64,000 nt of DNA, taken from positions 330,274,001 through 330,338,000 of the forward strand of contig OZ024741.1 of NCBI GenBank assembly GCA_964016885.1, given 5' to 3'. This stretch comes from Eledone cirrhosa. Its lineage: Eukaryota. Under the pieces are notes generated by a model. It did no database searches. It had not been told where the DNA came from and worked only from the letters and a program-made list of their open reading frames with translations. The position numbers were made by a program, and so were the translations under genes. Of this stretch, positions 25,600-37,984 are shown piece after piece (position 1 is the first letter of the stretch; the number at the start of each line of letters is the position of its first letter).

Positions 25600-26646
25600 A
25601 CATGCATAGTCCTATCAATCTCCCTCATCAACAGCCTATATGACATCATCATCACTGCGATACTGGTTCCCAACCAAATGTTTTTTCATGTTAGGGCACA
25701 GATGATTGTCAGATTGGGCCAAATCAGGTGAATAGAGAGGATGATCAACCAGTTCAAAGCCACAGTCACACACAGCAGCCATTGAAACCAAGGTCTTGTG
25801 TGCTAGAACATTGTTTTGATGAAACAAGATCCCTTTTTTCAGTTTTCCTGGGCGTTCGGTCATGATAACCTTTCACAACTGCTTCAGTAAGTAGCATATT
25901 AGTCTCCATTGATAGCATGGTGTCAATAAACACAATGCCTTTTGCATCACAAAAAAACTGAGGTCATTAACTTCCCTGCTGATGAAACAACTTTGACCCT
26001 CTTTGGAGCAGGTGAGGACAGGTGTTTTCACTGCATGGATTGTCTCTTTGTCTCGAGCTCAAAGTGATCAACCCAACATTCATCCTGAGTTAGGAAATGT
26101 TTAAAGAAACCAGTTGGATCTGCCTTGTCATGCCAAGTTCATTGTGCAGAATATTCTAAACTACCTCACGAGATATGTTAATAGCATTGGGTAGTTGATT
26201 TATAGTCAATCACCTACCATTCATCACCATGTGGTGAACACGATCAATGTTTTCCTCGGTAGTGGCAGTTGCAGGACATCCAGACCTTGGGTCATCTTCA
26301 AGAATCTCTCTTCCGGTTCTAAATTCAGCTGTCCACTTTTAAACTGTTGATAAAGTTGCATCGTCATCCCCTAATGTAGCAACCATGACACCACGAATGT
26401 CCTTGGGAGCTAAACCTTTTTTCTGCAGGTACTTGATAATACTACTATGCTAAATTTTGTCTATTTTCAAGAGAAGTCGCTACTAGTTACTTTTGAAGTC
26501 TTCTTTGAAGAGTTAGATGTCAGTTTACTTGGACAGAAACAAGGCAGTTATTAATGAGAAGATATGAAAACAATGTATGCGAGATTTCACAACTCTAGCA
26601 TCACTCCTTCATAGTCAGCCTATGAACTTTTCAGCTGACCCTCGTA
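25600..26646 (-). mobile_element. Decayed mariner transposon (transposase pseudogene)
   Basis: Terminus TACGAGGGTCAGCTGAAAAGTTC at 26646. N-terminal IKYLQKKGLAPKDI. Catalytic-region motifs ILFHQNN and HPLYSPDLAQSD. Contains stops and frameshifts. Confidence 0.9.
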
Positions 26647-26654
26647 AATTCTGA

Positions 26655-26858
26655 TTATTCCGGTTGAAAAGAATATGAAAATAGTAGTAGTAATTGATCA
26701 TTCTGGTTGACAAGAATACGAGAATAAATAATAGTAATTGTATATTCTCGTTATTCCGATTGAAAAGAATATGAGAATAGTTGTAGTAATTGTATGATTA
26801 TTCTGGTTGATAAGAATAAATAATAGATTATTGCGGTTGAAGAGAATACGAGAATAAA
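26655..26858. repeat. Five-copy imperfect tandem repeat directly upstream of the ATP6V0E promoter
   Basis: Core TTATTC(C/T)GGTTGA.AAGAATA at ~26655, 26698, 26751, 26798 and 26828. Confidence 0.85.
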
Positions 26859-26876
26859 GAGCTGCATATAGTTACA

Positions 26877-26886
26877 GTCATGTGAC
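26877..26886 (+). promoter_or_regulatory. CLEAR/M-box element (MiT/TFE site)
   Basis: GTCATGTGAC, one mismatch from CLEAR GTCACGTGAC and containing the M-box TCATGTGA, 52 bp upstream of a V-ATPase subunit ATG. Confidence 0.7.
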
Positions 26887-26937
26887 ATGTTCTCCTAAAC
26901 TACAGCACAGTGAGTGAGACATCATTGTAGTAGCATT

Positions 26938-27044
26938 ATGTCGTCCGTAACTGTTATGACCGTTGTCACTATATTTTGGGCATGTGTTGGCATTCTCATT
27001 CCAGTTCTTATCCAATACACCATGTCTACTTCTCCGAACAGAGG
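26938..27044 (+). CDS. ATP6V0E: V-type proton ATPase subunit e, exon 1
   Basis: MSSVTVMTVVTIFWACVGILIPVLIQYTMSTSPNRG, hydrophobic segment plus the PNRG motif. Phase-2 donor gtatgt. Confidence 0.92.
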
Positions 27045-28518
27045 GTATGTATAATGAATTATTAGTATTTCGTTAATTAATGATACAGTTTACAATAAAA
27101 ATGTCTGTTTCTTTGGAACCTTAAATATCCGCCTACTACGATTAAAACCTGAACGATCTCTTTGTATTTTAGATCATTTTCCATATATTTATTGGTACTG
27201 TTGTCTCCGCACGAAGAATGCTTTTCGTTTTTATTCACAAAGAAACTATTATTATTGTACCACTGGCAAATCTAATGATATATTGTAAGAAAATTTACTC
27301 GTTACCAAAATCTCAACTCTCAAATTTCTCTCCAGCCATAGAAAACATAAATTATTTAAGACAGTAGAAAATAGAACATTAAAACTAACGGATACACTTT
27401 GACCTCCAGTTCATTTATTTCTTTGTGAGTTTTACGAAATAATTATTATTCCTGACTATATTTCTAATGAAAAATAATTTTGAAAATATAAAAACAATTC
27501 GAAGAGATGTAATGATACAAGTAAACTTTCTCATTATTAAGTACCAGTAACGCACTGGCCTCGTCTAAATCAGAAACCATTATTGCTGGCCTTGTGCCAA
27601 AAGTAGAAACTATTATTAAGGTGGTGTTTGGAAAATAACCCATCAAAGGTTCTTACATAAAATGATTATAGAAAGTTTTTATTTTATTTTTTTATTTTTT
27701 TATTTTTTTATTTTTTTATTTTTTTATTTTTTTACATAAATATAAACATTTTAAAATGAACAGTTTTATTTATATTGTAGAACCAGGGGTGGTTTCAGGA
27801 GGGTTGGTATGAAGGATTAAGTCGATGTCGAAAATGAAATTCAATGTCAACGATATTTGAAATATCCGATTGATAATACTACTACTAATAATTGTTTCTA
27901 ACAGAGACACAACACTGGGGATTTAGGGAAGGGCTAAGTTGATTAAATTGAACCAAGAAAAACAGTGTATTTCTCGTGACTACAGTTATTTTTAGGTCAA
28001 CAATTTTATTGCCACTAATGCACTTTCTTTGTGAGAATGTTTCTCTCTATTCTAAAATCTTCCTTACAATATATGGTATGGTATGGACCCGTAACACACC
28101 CTCTCTCTCATATATTATATATACTTACTGCTCGATGCGCCGAACGGCGCGGAAGAATCTAAGACTAAGAATCATCATTTTAACGTCCGCTTTCCCTGCT
28201 AGGAGGGTTGGACGCGTCTACATAAACTAAGTGAGTGTTGAAGTGGTGACTACTGATTTCCCAGACAGGCCAGGGATCTGTTGTCTCGCTTATGCAGTCT
28301 CACGTTCTACCGAATGCATAAGGGATGTTGTCATATCGTCTTTGACACAACTGAAGGGTCCTCCCAACCCTTTGTTTGGCAAGGTTTCTACGATTGGATG
28401 CCCTTCCAATCACCAACCTCTTTGCAGCATGTACTGGGTGCATTTATCATGCAGATCACCAAACCCTAGGGAGGCTGTCACGCCTTGACGCAAGTGAAGG
28501 GTCTTCTCATATATATAT

Positions 28519-29952
28519 ATCATCATCATCATCATCATCATCAACGTTTAACGTCCGTGTTCCACGCTTGCATGGGTTTGGACGGGGGTAGTCCCACTTG
28601 AGGCAAGAGTGATTGTCTTGCTCGCATAGGACTGTCTGGCAGGTTTTCTACAGTTGGATGCCCTTCCTAACACCAACCACATTTACAGTGTGGGTCTGGG
28701 AGGTTTTTACCGTGTTGCCTACACGGCCACATTACAGCGTGGACTGTGTGTTTTTTTGTCGTGACACCTACACGATCTCATTTGTTTCGGCCCGGATGGC
28801 GCGGCACCAACATAACTTTACATAGGACGGGGTGGTGTGGATGGGGTGGGGGTGGTGGTGGTGGGACGGGGTGTATTTTGTTAGAGATGCCTACTGGCAA
28901 GGCGGGTCTTCTCTGTTACTGAGTACCGCCAAAGGTCTCGGTCCAGTGACATTGTCTTGGAGAGGTGTAAGTGTGTGAGGTCGGAGTTTATCAGCTCGTC
29001 CCAGGTTTTTCTAGGTCTGCCTATTCCGTGGCTACCGTCTATCTTTATTGCCCTGCACTTTGTTATACAGCTATCGACTTTCATGCGCATCACGTGTCCA
29101 TACCAACGTAGCCTTCTCTCGAGTAAACAACATCTGATCCCTCTTATCTCTAATTTTTTTTTTCCTTAGTTCGTTTATGCTTTGCCGTTCACGTATATTA
29201 CTGTTACACATCCAGCGGAGCATGCAAGCTTCGTTCCTCTCTAGTCTGCGTATATCCTCTGCACACAATGCCCAGGTCTCACTGCCATGCAACATTGCTG
29301 TTCGTATGCAGGCATCGTACAACCTGCCTTTCATTTTTAGGGAGAACCCTTTAGCAGCTAATAGTGGTATAAGCTCTCTGAACTTTTTCCAACCAGTTCT
29401 GACTCTAGCTACAGTACTTTCAGAGCACCCTCCCCCACTGCTGATTTTATCGCCCAGGTAACGGAAGCTGTCCACTATTTCTATAGAACCCTCTGCGCAA
29501 TTGAAAGAGCTAGTATTGTGTGGGCACTTGCTGCTACTTATTGCACCAGAACACCGGCCACATGTAAAATCTATGTTCTTAGTTAGCTTACCTGTGATCC
29601 CACTACATCTTTTATGCACCCATACTTTGCATTTAGGACACAAAATGGAGTTTCTACCTACGCCTTTCCTACACACCGAGCACGACCATTTCCCAGAAGG
29701 GACCGCCGCCTTGTTTTCTTTCCTACAAACTAGAACTTTGGTCTTAGCCAGGTTAATTTTAAGTCCTTTTGACTCTAGGCCGTGCTTCCATGTTTGGAAT
29801 TTCTTCTCTAGCTCGGCCATTGATTCCGCTATGAGTGTCAGGTCGTCTGCGTATAGGAGTTCCCATGGGCAGCCTGTCTTGAACTCCTCTGTTATAGCCT
29901 GAAGGGCAATAATAAATAGTAGGGGGCTGAGAACAGAGCCCTGATGGACGCC

Positions 29953-29955
<3 letters not shown>
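28519..29955 (-). mobile_element. Young 5'-truncated RTE LINE with a PHD finger inside the RT, inserted in (TA)n
   Basis: GVHQGSVLSPLLF, LLYADDL, C4HC3 insert, FRYLG, MLHGSETW. One apparent frameshift at the poly-T near 29155. ~360-nt 3' UTR and (GAT)n tail. Lies in ATP6V0E intron 1. Confidence 0.95.
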
Positions 29956-29995
<40 letters not shown>

Positions 29996-30345
29996 AAAAA
30001 TAAACGGAAAAAAATATAACAGGCGATGAAGTACAATGAAGATATATATTAGTTTCACGCTTAACGTAGTAGGAAAAGTCTTAAGGTTTTAGACACTACT
30101 TCATCACAAAATAGAAAATAGAACAAAAAATTAAAGAATTAGAAAAATAGAAGAGTGAGCAGGGGCAGAAACGAAAAAAGTTTCTTCGAGAAAAAGCAGG
30201 TCTGTTTATTTCACCATCTATATTCATATATTATGCCTTAATAGTGAGTCTTGTTACTTTGGAGTTTCAACTGTGCACTCACATATGTGATTAGCTTGTT
30301 AGTTTTGTGAAGCTGGGTCTGCACTTGAAAGATTTTTTTGTGGTT

Positions 30346-30730
30346 TTAGAGACTCACATGGGCGTGATAAGCTCTGACTGCAAATGCATAGCATTTGAAA
30401 TTTTTTTTCTTCAGCACTTTGGCCTTCCTCAGATGGTCAAACTGAAATGTTGACGGGTTCTTAAGAAATGCTGTTGTGTCATCTGCAAACAGCAAGCCTT
30501 CAGGTAGGATAGAGTGAACAGTTTCCTGCTCAGTCTGGTGTAACAATATTCACCATTTGTTGATGTACTAAGGGCATGCTGTAGCATTATAAGGAAGATT
30601 CCAAACAGTGTGGGAGTAAGTATATTGCCTTGCTTTACACTGCTGTAGTTCTTAAAAACTTCTGAACTTCTGAAGTAGAACTGTCAATCTGAATGATACT
30701 TTTCATGTCAATAGAAGAATCAATCTTGTT
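30346..30730 (-). mobile_element. Decayed RTE RT fragment
   Basis: Remnants of VKQG.IL.PTLF and LLFADD. Confidence 0.65.
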
Positions 30731-32537
30731 AAATAAATGGTGAAATCCATTGAATCAAAGCCACTATCTGCATGTTATTATATGGGAAAGATAATAATCT
30801 ATGTTAATATTCTAAGCCAGGAATGTAATGTTCCTAATGTTCAATGCATGCTTCTTGTGTGTATAATAACAATTGTTTTGAAAGATTGTATACTTTGTTA
30901 TTGAATCAATAGAGAAACATTCTTTGTACATAATGTGGTTTCCAGCTGTGTCTTGTTATAATAATACATCTCTATTAAACTATGTTCTCTGTTCCAGTTA
31001 TACATTTGATTTTCCTTATACAAATATGTGTCTGAGATTATGTATGTCATCATCATCGTTGTCATAGTTTTATATTTGCTTTCCATGCTGGCCTGGGTTG
31101 GACAGGTTGTCAGGGTCAGTGACTAGACATGTGGGAAAGACCACATCTTACTCATGCTTTCCATATTTAGCATGGGTTTTATTGTTGGATGCTCTTTCTA
31201 ACAACCCAGTACACGCTATAAAACCGTTGGCAGACTGTATAAAGTAGAGGAGACTCTTCAGTCTTGCCAAGTATTTCACAGCATCTCTAATGTAAAAGAC
31301 ACCCAGTATACTCTGTAAAATGGTAGTGCTGGTGCCATGATAAATTATCCAGTACACTCTAAGTGGTAGTACTGGTGACACAATAAAATACATCTGGTAC
31401 ACTCTGCAAGCCACAAAATATACCCAGTACACTCTATCAAGTTGTGGTGCTAGTGCTATGATAAAATGCACTTAGTATACTCTGTCAAGTGGTGATGCTA
31501 GTGCCATGATAAAATGCACCCAGTCGTAGAAACTTTGCTTGAACCACATTTTAAATGAAAGGTGTTACTTATGATTTTCAAATAATTTTGAAAACAATCA
31601 AGAATTTCGAGGGATTTCGTGATATAAATTTTTCATTACGAAGCTGGTGTTTGTATCATAACTTTAAGCTGGTGTTTTGAATGTAACTTTTCAAAGGCTC
31701 CTACATAAAATTATGATGGAAAGTTTTTAGATAAATATAAACACTTTAAAACAGTTTTCTATCATGGAACCAGGAATGGTTTTTTTCTCAATAGGGTTAA
31801 ATTCAATTCAATTTGATTTTACAGTTAATGTCTATCTTTGGAAAATTGTTTAGAATGAAAAAAATCTTGTAACACTCTGTAAGAATTTAGCAGAAAATAT
31901 TTTAAAATGGGTTTATTTCATGTTTATAGGATCTTTGTTCGTGAATAAAAAATAGTCTAAAATTTGTTTCAAGCCTGGAGGCTCATCAGGCCGTTGCTTA
32001 TCCTGGTCTCTGTGGCGTGAAGCAACAGAGTATAAGACTTTCCCCTTGGACAGGATGCCAGTCCATTGCAGAGTTAAACTCCCAGCTATTGCTGGTACTC
32101 ATTTTCAGCTGAATATACTGGAGCAACATGAAATGAAGTGTTTTGCTTAAGAACACAACACACAACCCAGTCCAGGAATTGAACTACGGCATTATGATTA
32201 TAAATCCAACACCCTTACCACACACCTTACCTATTGGTGGACAGATTGTTGTGAAAATTTGCGGTACTAGAGTAAAGACTTCTATTGTTAATGTGATGCA
32301 GTCATAGTGCAGTTTTGTATTTTTAAAGAATGTCTTTCTAAATTTACAGCAATAGAATAAAGACTTGTTGTTTTGTACTTTTCAATAATGCCTTGCTAAT
32401 GTGGTTTTGTGGTACAGGATGTTAAGGGTTAAACCAATTATTTTGATTATATTTAAAATGTGAACATTTTATACTAAATTTGGTAAAATATTCAAATGAT
32501 CTTGCATATAGTTTCTAAATTTTCCCTTTTTTTTCAG

Positions 32538-32585
32538 ACTCATACAAACGATGTGTGTTCTTACAGCCTTCTGTTGTTATTTGTT
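32538..32585 (+). CDS. ATP6V0E: V-type proton ATPase subunit e, exon 2 (48 nt)
   Basis: ttttcag acceptor, gtaagt donor. Encodes LIQTMCVLTAFCCYLF, including the CCYLFW motif. Confidence 0.95.
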
Positions 32586-33728
32586 GTAAGTACTATTTCT
32601 TCTCTTTTCTTTTTCAAAATACCTTTGGAGCACTATTAGTCTGTAATTTATGCTTTGGTAGTGCTGCTGACTGCTGAAAAGTAAATGTGAATTGAGTCCC
32701 CGACCAAGTTTCAACTTGCAGATTGATCTGCGTAAAAAACTGGTGCCTGGGTATTTAGTGCTCAAGGTTAACCCTACAATCAGTGCCCACTTCTCTCATT
32801 ACCTCTATCATTAAAACACTTAAGAAGCCTAGTATGAAATATAATTTCGTAGGAGGCCAGTTAAACCTGTAAAGGTGTGAGCTGTACATTTAATTTTATC
32901 ATTTCAGGTAACAGAAGTTTGCTTATATAAAATTTCAAATGCTGTACATATCTAAATTTGAACATATAAAAACGTATTGCTTTTCTTTATACAGGTGTCA
33001 AATTGGCAGTCGTTAGAATGTCAGATAGTGTGCTTTGTAGTATTCATCCCGACTCTGCCCTCTCAGTTCAAATCCTGTCACGGTCAACTTTGCCTTTTAT
33101 CCATTCGAGGTTGATAAAAAAGTACCAGTCTAGTACTAGGGTTGATTCCTCCTCTATATCTTTTTCTTACTTCTTTCTTTCATTCCCTCTCCTTCTCTGG
33201 AAGAAATATGCCGTACTCAGGCCTGGAGAGGGAATGGGCTTAGCTAGGTTTGAAAATAAATGTTTCAAAAAATGCCATGTGTCAATATGGGGTCCCTACA
33301 ACTCCCTCAGGAGTTATGGGTCCATACCATGCCATATCTTCCAGCTCGTTGCACTCCAAATTCAAATCCCATTGAGTGTTGATAAAGTACTAGTCCAGGG
33401 GCAGTGGATAACAGAATTGTTAAAGAGTTTGATAGGATGCTTTGCAGTATCTGTCTCCAGCTCTGTGTCAGTTCAAATGCTACCTCTTTCTGCCAGAAGT
33501 TGTGACTAACAGATAGTATGAACAATGGAAAGACCAATGGCAATATTGTTTCCTTGGTCCAATCTGACAATCAGCTCTTTTCCTTACCTTTTTTCATTTT
33601 ATATTTCATGTGTGAGACATGAGTGATAAATGCAGAATAGCAGAAAAGGCTGGAAAGAATGAAAATGAGAATCAGTGGAGTGGTGGAAGGCAAGCAATGA
33701 ATAGCAAAGGATAATGGGAATAGAGCCA

Positions 33729-33922
33729 ATAATTGTTTCTACTTTTGGCACAAGGCCAGCAATTACCCAGTGTATTACTGGTACTTTATTTTATCGACCC
33801 CCGTAAGGATGAAAGGCAAAGTTAACCTCGGCGGGATTTGAACTCAGAATGGCAAGGGCCATAACTCTATGCGTCAAAGCATGGCGTCCGACCCTCTACC
33901 GATACTGCCAATCCACCGCCCT
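33729..33922 (-). mobile_element. SINE family B, full length
   Basis: Reverse complement of the 8188-8378 consensus, with TSD GAATAGAGCCAATAAT. Confidence 0.9.
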
Positions 33923-34353
33923 GAATAGAGCCAATAATGAATGTTGTGAAGGGAAATGGAATGAGTTGGTTGGGTCTTGTTTTGAGAAAACATAAAAGTG
34001 ACTGGGTGAGAGGAGTGATGGGAATAGTCAATAATGAATGTTGTGAAAGGAACTAGAATGAGGTGGTTGTGTCATGTGTTGAGAAAAGATGAAAGTGATT
34101 GGGTGAGAGGAGTGATGGGAATGAATGTGGAAGGAAATAGATGAAGGGGAAGACAAAGAAAGACACGGTTATAGGTGAATGGGTAGGAAATGAAAACCAG
34201 CGTCTTGGTAAAGTGGATGATAGGGCAAAATGGAAAAGCTTGTCGTGGAACCTGCTTTAGCAAAGAAACAGGCCTTAGAATATTTGTTGCTGTTCTTTAT
34301 ATTTCAAGTGATGTATTTTTCCTTTGTTTCTAAATCAGTTTATTTTTTTGCAG

Positions 34354-34448
34354 TTGGCTCTGTGCATATTTGAGTCAGTTAAACCCTCTGTTTGGGCCAC
34401 AACTGGACAGTGAGGTCATCAGATATCTTCAGATTGTATGGAATAATT
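34354..34448 (+). CDS. ATP6V0E: V-type proton ATPase subunit e, exon 3
   Basis: ttttgcag acceptor. Encodes [31 protein letters not shown] ([10 protein letters not shown] hallmark). gtaagc donor at 34449. Confidence 0.95.
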
Positions 34449-36315
34449 GTAAGCATGTTTCTAAAATATATAAATTTTTTTGTTTTACTGGTTTTTGTCA
34501 TTAGACTGCGACCATGCTAGGGCACTGCTTTTAAGGGATATTTTAGTTGATCATATTGTGATCTTAGTTTTTTTAAAAACGCTATTATTCTATTAATTTG
34601 CTTGTGTTATAGGACAAACACGGACACACATACACACACGTGTATACACATACACATATGTATATGATGGGCTTCTGCAGTTTCCGCCTACCTAATTCAA
34701 CTCAGTCTCGCCAAGACAATCGCCCAAATCCAAATGATGATAGTGGAATTATATTGTAGTAATAGATTGAAGTTTCCATACTTGAAGTCTGGAACCAATT
34801 AACTCTGACCATTTCTTTTGTTACTTTTAAGTCGTTCATTAAATCATTCAAAAATTAGTTTAACCCTTAATAACCTATACTGAGTGAAACTACATTAGCA
34901 AGACATTCATGAAAAATATAGCAGCACTTTGTTTGCATCACATTAATAAATCAAAGCATTTACTCTAATTCTACAATTTTTTACAACAGTAGAGATACTA
35001 TAAACATTTGAATCAACAAACCTGTTTTTAGATAGTTTCTGCTAAATCATTACAGGATGTTAAGGGTTAATAGAAGTGTTGTTGTTATATGTAACATATG
35101 GGTTGTTGGATTAGTATCAAAACCAATCATAATCTCTTGAAAAGAATCTTCATATAATGCTGTTGCTGGGAAGAATGCTATGGCATCTATTTTCACAGTG
35201 AATATATCATAGAACCAACATGGGGCGGACGGAGGCTCTGTAAGCCGTAATGTAGGCAACCCGTCTAGGAGAGTTACCACTCCGAATAAATTGGTGCGGG
35301 GTAGAGAAGTCCCGTAAGACAACTTCCCTAGTGCTGGTGGCACGAATAAAAGCACCCAGTCCATGCTGTAAAAATGGAGGAGTGGTTAGGGCCCCTGAGT
35401 CCAGTAAGACATCCTCTCTAGTGCTGGTGGCACGAATAAAAGCGCCCAGTCCATGCTGTAAAGTGGTGCTGGTGTTAGGAAGGGCATCCAACCAGTATAT
35501 ATACTACTGCCAACTCTACCTTCGCTAAGGGTTTGTGCTATAGTGGCAAATTCAAAATAATGTATATTTTAAATTTATCACTGATTTAGATCTCGACCAT
35601 GTCAAAAAAGAAAAAAAAAACAGAATCGTAAAGAAATACAGAGGTAATAGAATGATGAAAATACCATTTACTCACATTTCAAGTATATATATAAAATGTC
35701 AATATAGCTTATTGGTGTGTAACATTTAGTTAGTATTGGTTCACCAGTTTAAGCACCCAATGTCAATATGGGTCCGGTTGCCGATGTTGTACTCTACATT
35801 TGGTATCCTTAAGAAGCAGTGTTAATAATAATAATGAGCAGGAGGGAAGTATCAATATAGCATCATTATGTTTATTCACATTTAACGCATGTTTCATGAT
35901 CGATCAGTATCAATTGGGCCTGGCTCTGGGATTGTTAATTCATCAGTCTTGTGGTTTCCTATATATATAAGTCAACTGTATCTCCCATTAATGCTAAAAT
36001 GTTGAGATGTACAGAGAATAGGGTCATATAAAATCTAGAAATGGTAGATAATTAACAAATTGCCAGATATTACTGGTATCAGATTGTATTGGTATTTATT
36101 CTAGTTGACTACAGTCAGAATATAATATATATGATAGCTCAAATTGTCAGATATTATTGGTATCAGATTAAATATCTTAGTTTTTTTTCCAGCTCGCAGA
36201 ACTCTGTATTCAAATTTGAAATATTGTGTATAAAAATAAGTTTGGCCATGTATGAGTTATAAAAAAAGAATTGTTACCAACCATATTGTTAATTTTGTTA
36301 AATTTTCTTTTTCAG

Positions 36316-37302
36316 AAATAAGCAATCTGCTGGTGTGTTGGTTGATATAGAAAAGTACAGAAAACGAGTAAAGGTTACAGTTCCAACAGTGTAATAATGT
36401 ACAGCAACTGATGAAGTAGGTAGATGTCTGAGAAATGGAGGTGAAAATTGAAAAATAAATTGTTGAAAATTATAGTGTGGTTATAGTACTATGACTATAG
36501 TACTTGGTTATAGTACTATGGTCATAGAACTGCATTATACTATGATCATAGTATCTGGACCCAAGAACTTTGTATTGAATAATTTGAATAGTCTTTTTCA
36601 TTAACCTGTGTATTATTTTTTAATTAAGTTTAAAACTTGCTTGAAGAATACATAACACTTTAAATGAAGTATGGATACAAAGAGAAATATTGAAGGTACA
36701 TGGCCTAGTAGTTAGTGTTTGACTGACGATCAAAAGATGATGGGTTTGATTATTCAGAAGGGAAGGCACATTATTAAGCAAGACACTTTATTTCATGTTG
36801 GTGGTAGCCCTACCATTAAAACACCCTATGGGGCCAGTTAAACTGACGTAGGTGTGAGCTGTAATAATGACAACAATAATAATGGAGCCAAACATCGCAC
36901 TCACATGATAGGACTGAGAACTCTACACTGTAGAGTAAGTGTAATCTTTCATATTCAAATAATCTGCAAGAATTTAGAAAGACTTGGAGAAGTTAGTTAT
37001 TCTACAGTGTTACATTCTCAGTAATTTTCCAAGCAATTATTTTCCTCGACATTATTCTGATCTGAACATTCCTTATTCTAGTTTCTGGAACTCAAACTTA
37101 TTCACTAATGGTAAATTTTCTTTTGAAATATAGTTACTTAGTTATTGTTTTTTTTTGTTTTTTTTATCCATTCTTCCTTTATATGGATGGGATAAGATTG
37201 GCTCTTCTGGGTTGATGGTATAACTTTGTTTTTTTAATTTCAAATATGTGTTGTTATTCAATGAAATATTTATTTTTATTTGTGTACAAATTGGTTAATA
37301 AA
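36316..37302 (+). other. ATP6V0E: ATP6V0E terminal exon: last 2 nt of the stop codon plus 3' UTR
   Basis: ttttctttttcag|AA completes T|AA, giving an 83-aa protein. Candidate AATAAA at 37297-37302 followed by a T-rich tract. Confidence 0.65.
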
Positions 37303-37723
37303 TCATTAAACAATCAATGTAAATTTGTTTTTCGTGTATACACTGCTTTGTTAAAAATGTAGCTAGTCCTCCATTTTGCAGTTAAAAGTTAAACTTTTAG
37401 AAGTATAAATCTTTGGATAAATGCATCCAGTGAACTCAGTAAAGTTAATGGCGTTAGGACCAGTTGTAGACACCATGCCAAAGATATGATGTATGAGCAA
37501 GACATAATATATCGTCCTCATCATTAAACATGGTTGGTGTTAGGGAGGGCATCCAGCTGTAAAAAACGCAGCCAAAATACAGTCCTGCTTGAGCAAGACA
37601 TGGCACGGCCAACTGGCCAGACTTGTCTCATAATGTGGATGACCCATCTAACCCATGCAAGCATGAAAAAAATACATGTTGACTAGTGATGATGATGATT
37701 ATATATATATATATACATATGTA

Positions 37724-37818
37724 CAGGGTGTCTCCCAAAAATGCATACACACTTTCATTACCTGTAATATTTATTAGAATGCTGTTGAAGTATGTATACA
37801 ATCTTTTGGGATACCCTA
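37724..37818. mobile_element. Tc1/mariner-type MITE
   Basis: TA|CAGGGTGTCTCCCAAAA...TTTTGGGATACCCTA|TA imperfect terminal inverted repeats. Confidence 0.75.
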
Positions 37819-37930
37819 TATATGTATGTATATATATATATATATATATATGGATACCCTGTATATATATATATATATATATATGGATACCCTGTATGTA
37901 TATATATATATATATATATATATGGATACC

Positions 37931-37983
<53 letters not shown>

Positions 37984-37984
<1 letters not shown>

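Noticed and set aside
26655-26858. CRISPR-like repeat-spacer pattern
   Set aside because: Spacers are related AT-rich variants of irregular length, so this is an ordinary imperfect tandem repeat.
27022-27044. MSTSPNRG as the missing SNRPG exon 1
   Set aside because: It lies downstream of SNRPG and is the end of ATP6V0E exon 1, in frame with the ATG at 26938.
33003-33509. 168-aa ORF as a gene
   Set aside because: It is made of SINE-like fragments inside ATP6V0E intron 2, has a non-ATG start and shows no recognisable domain.
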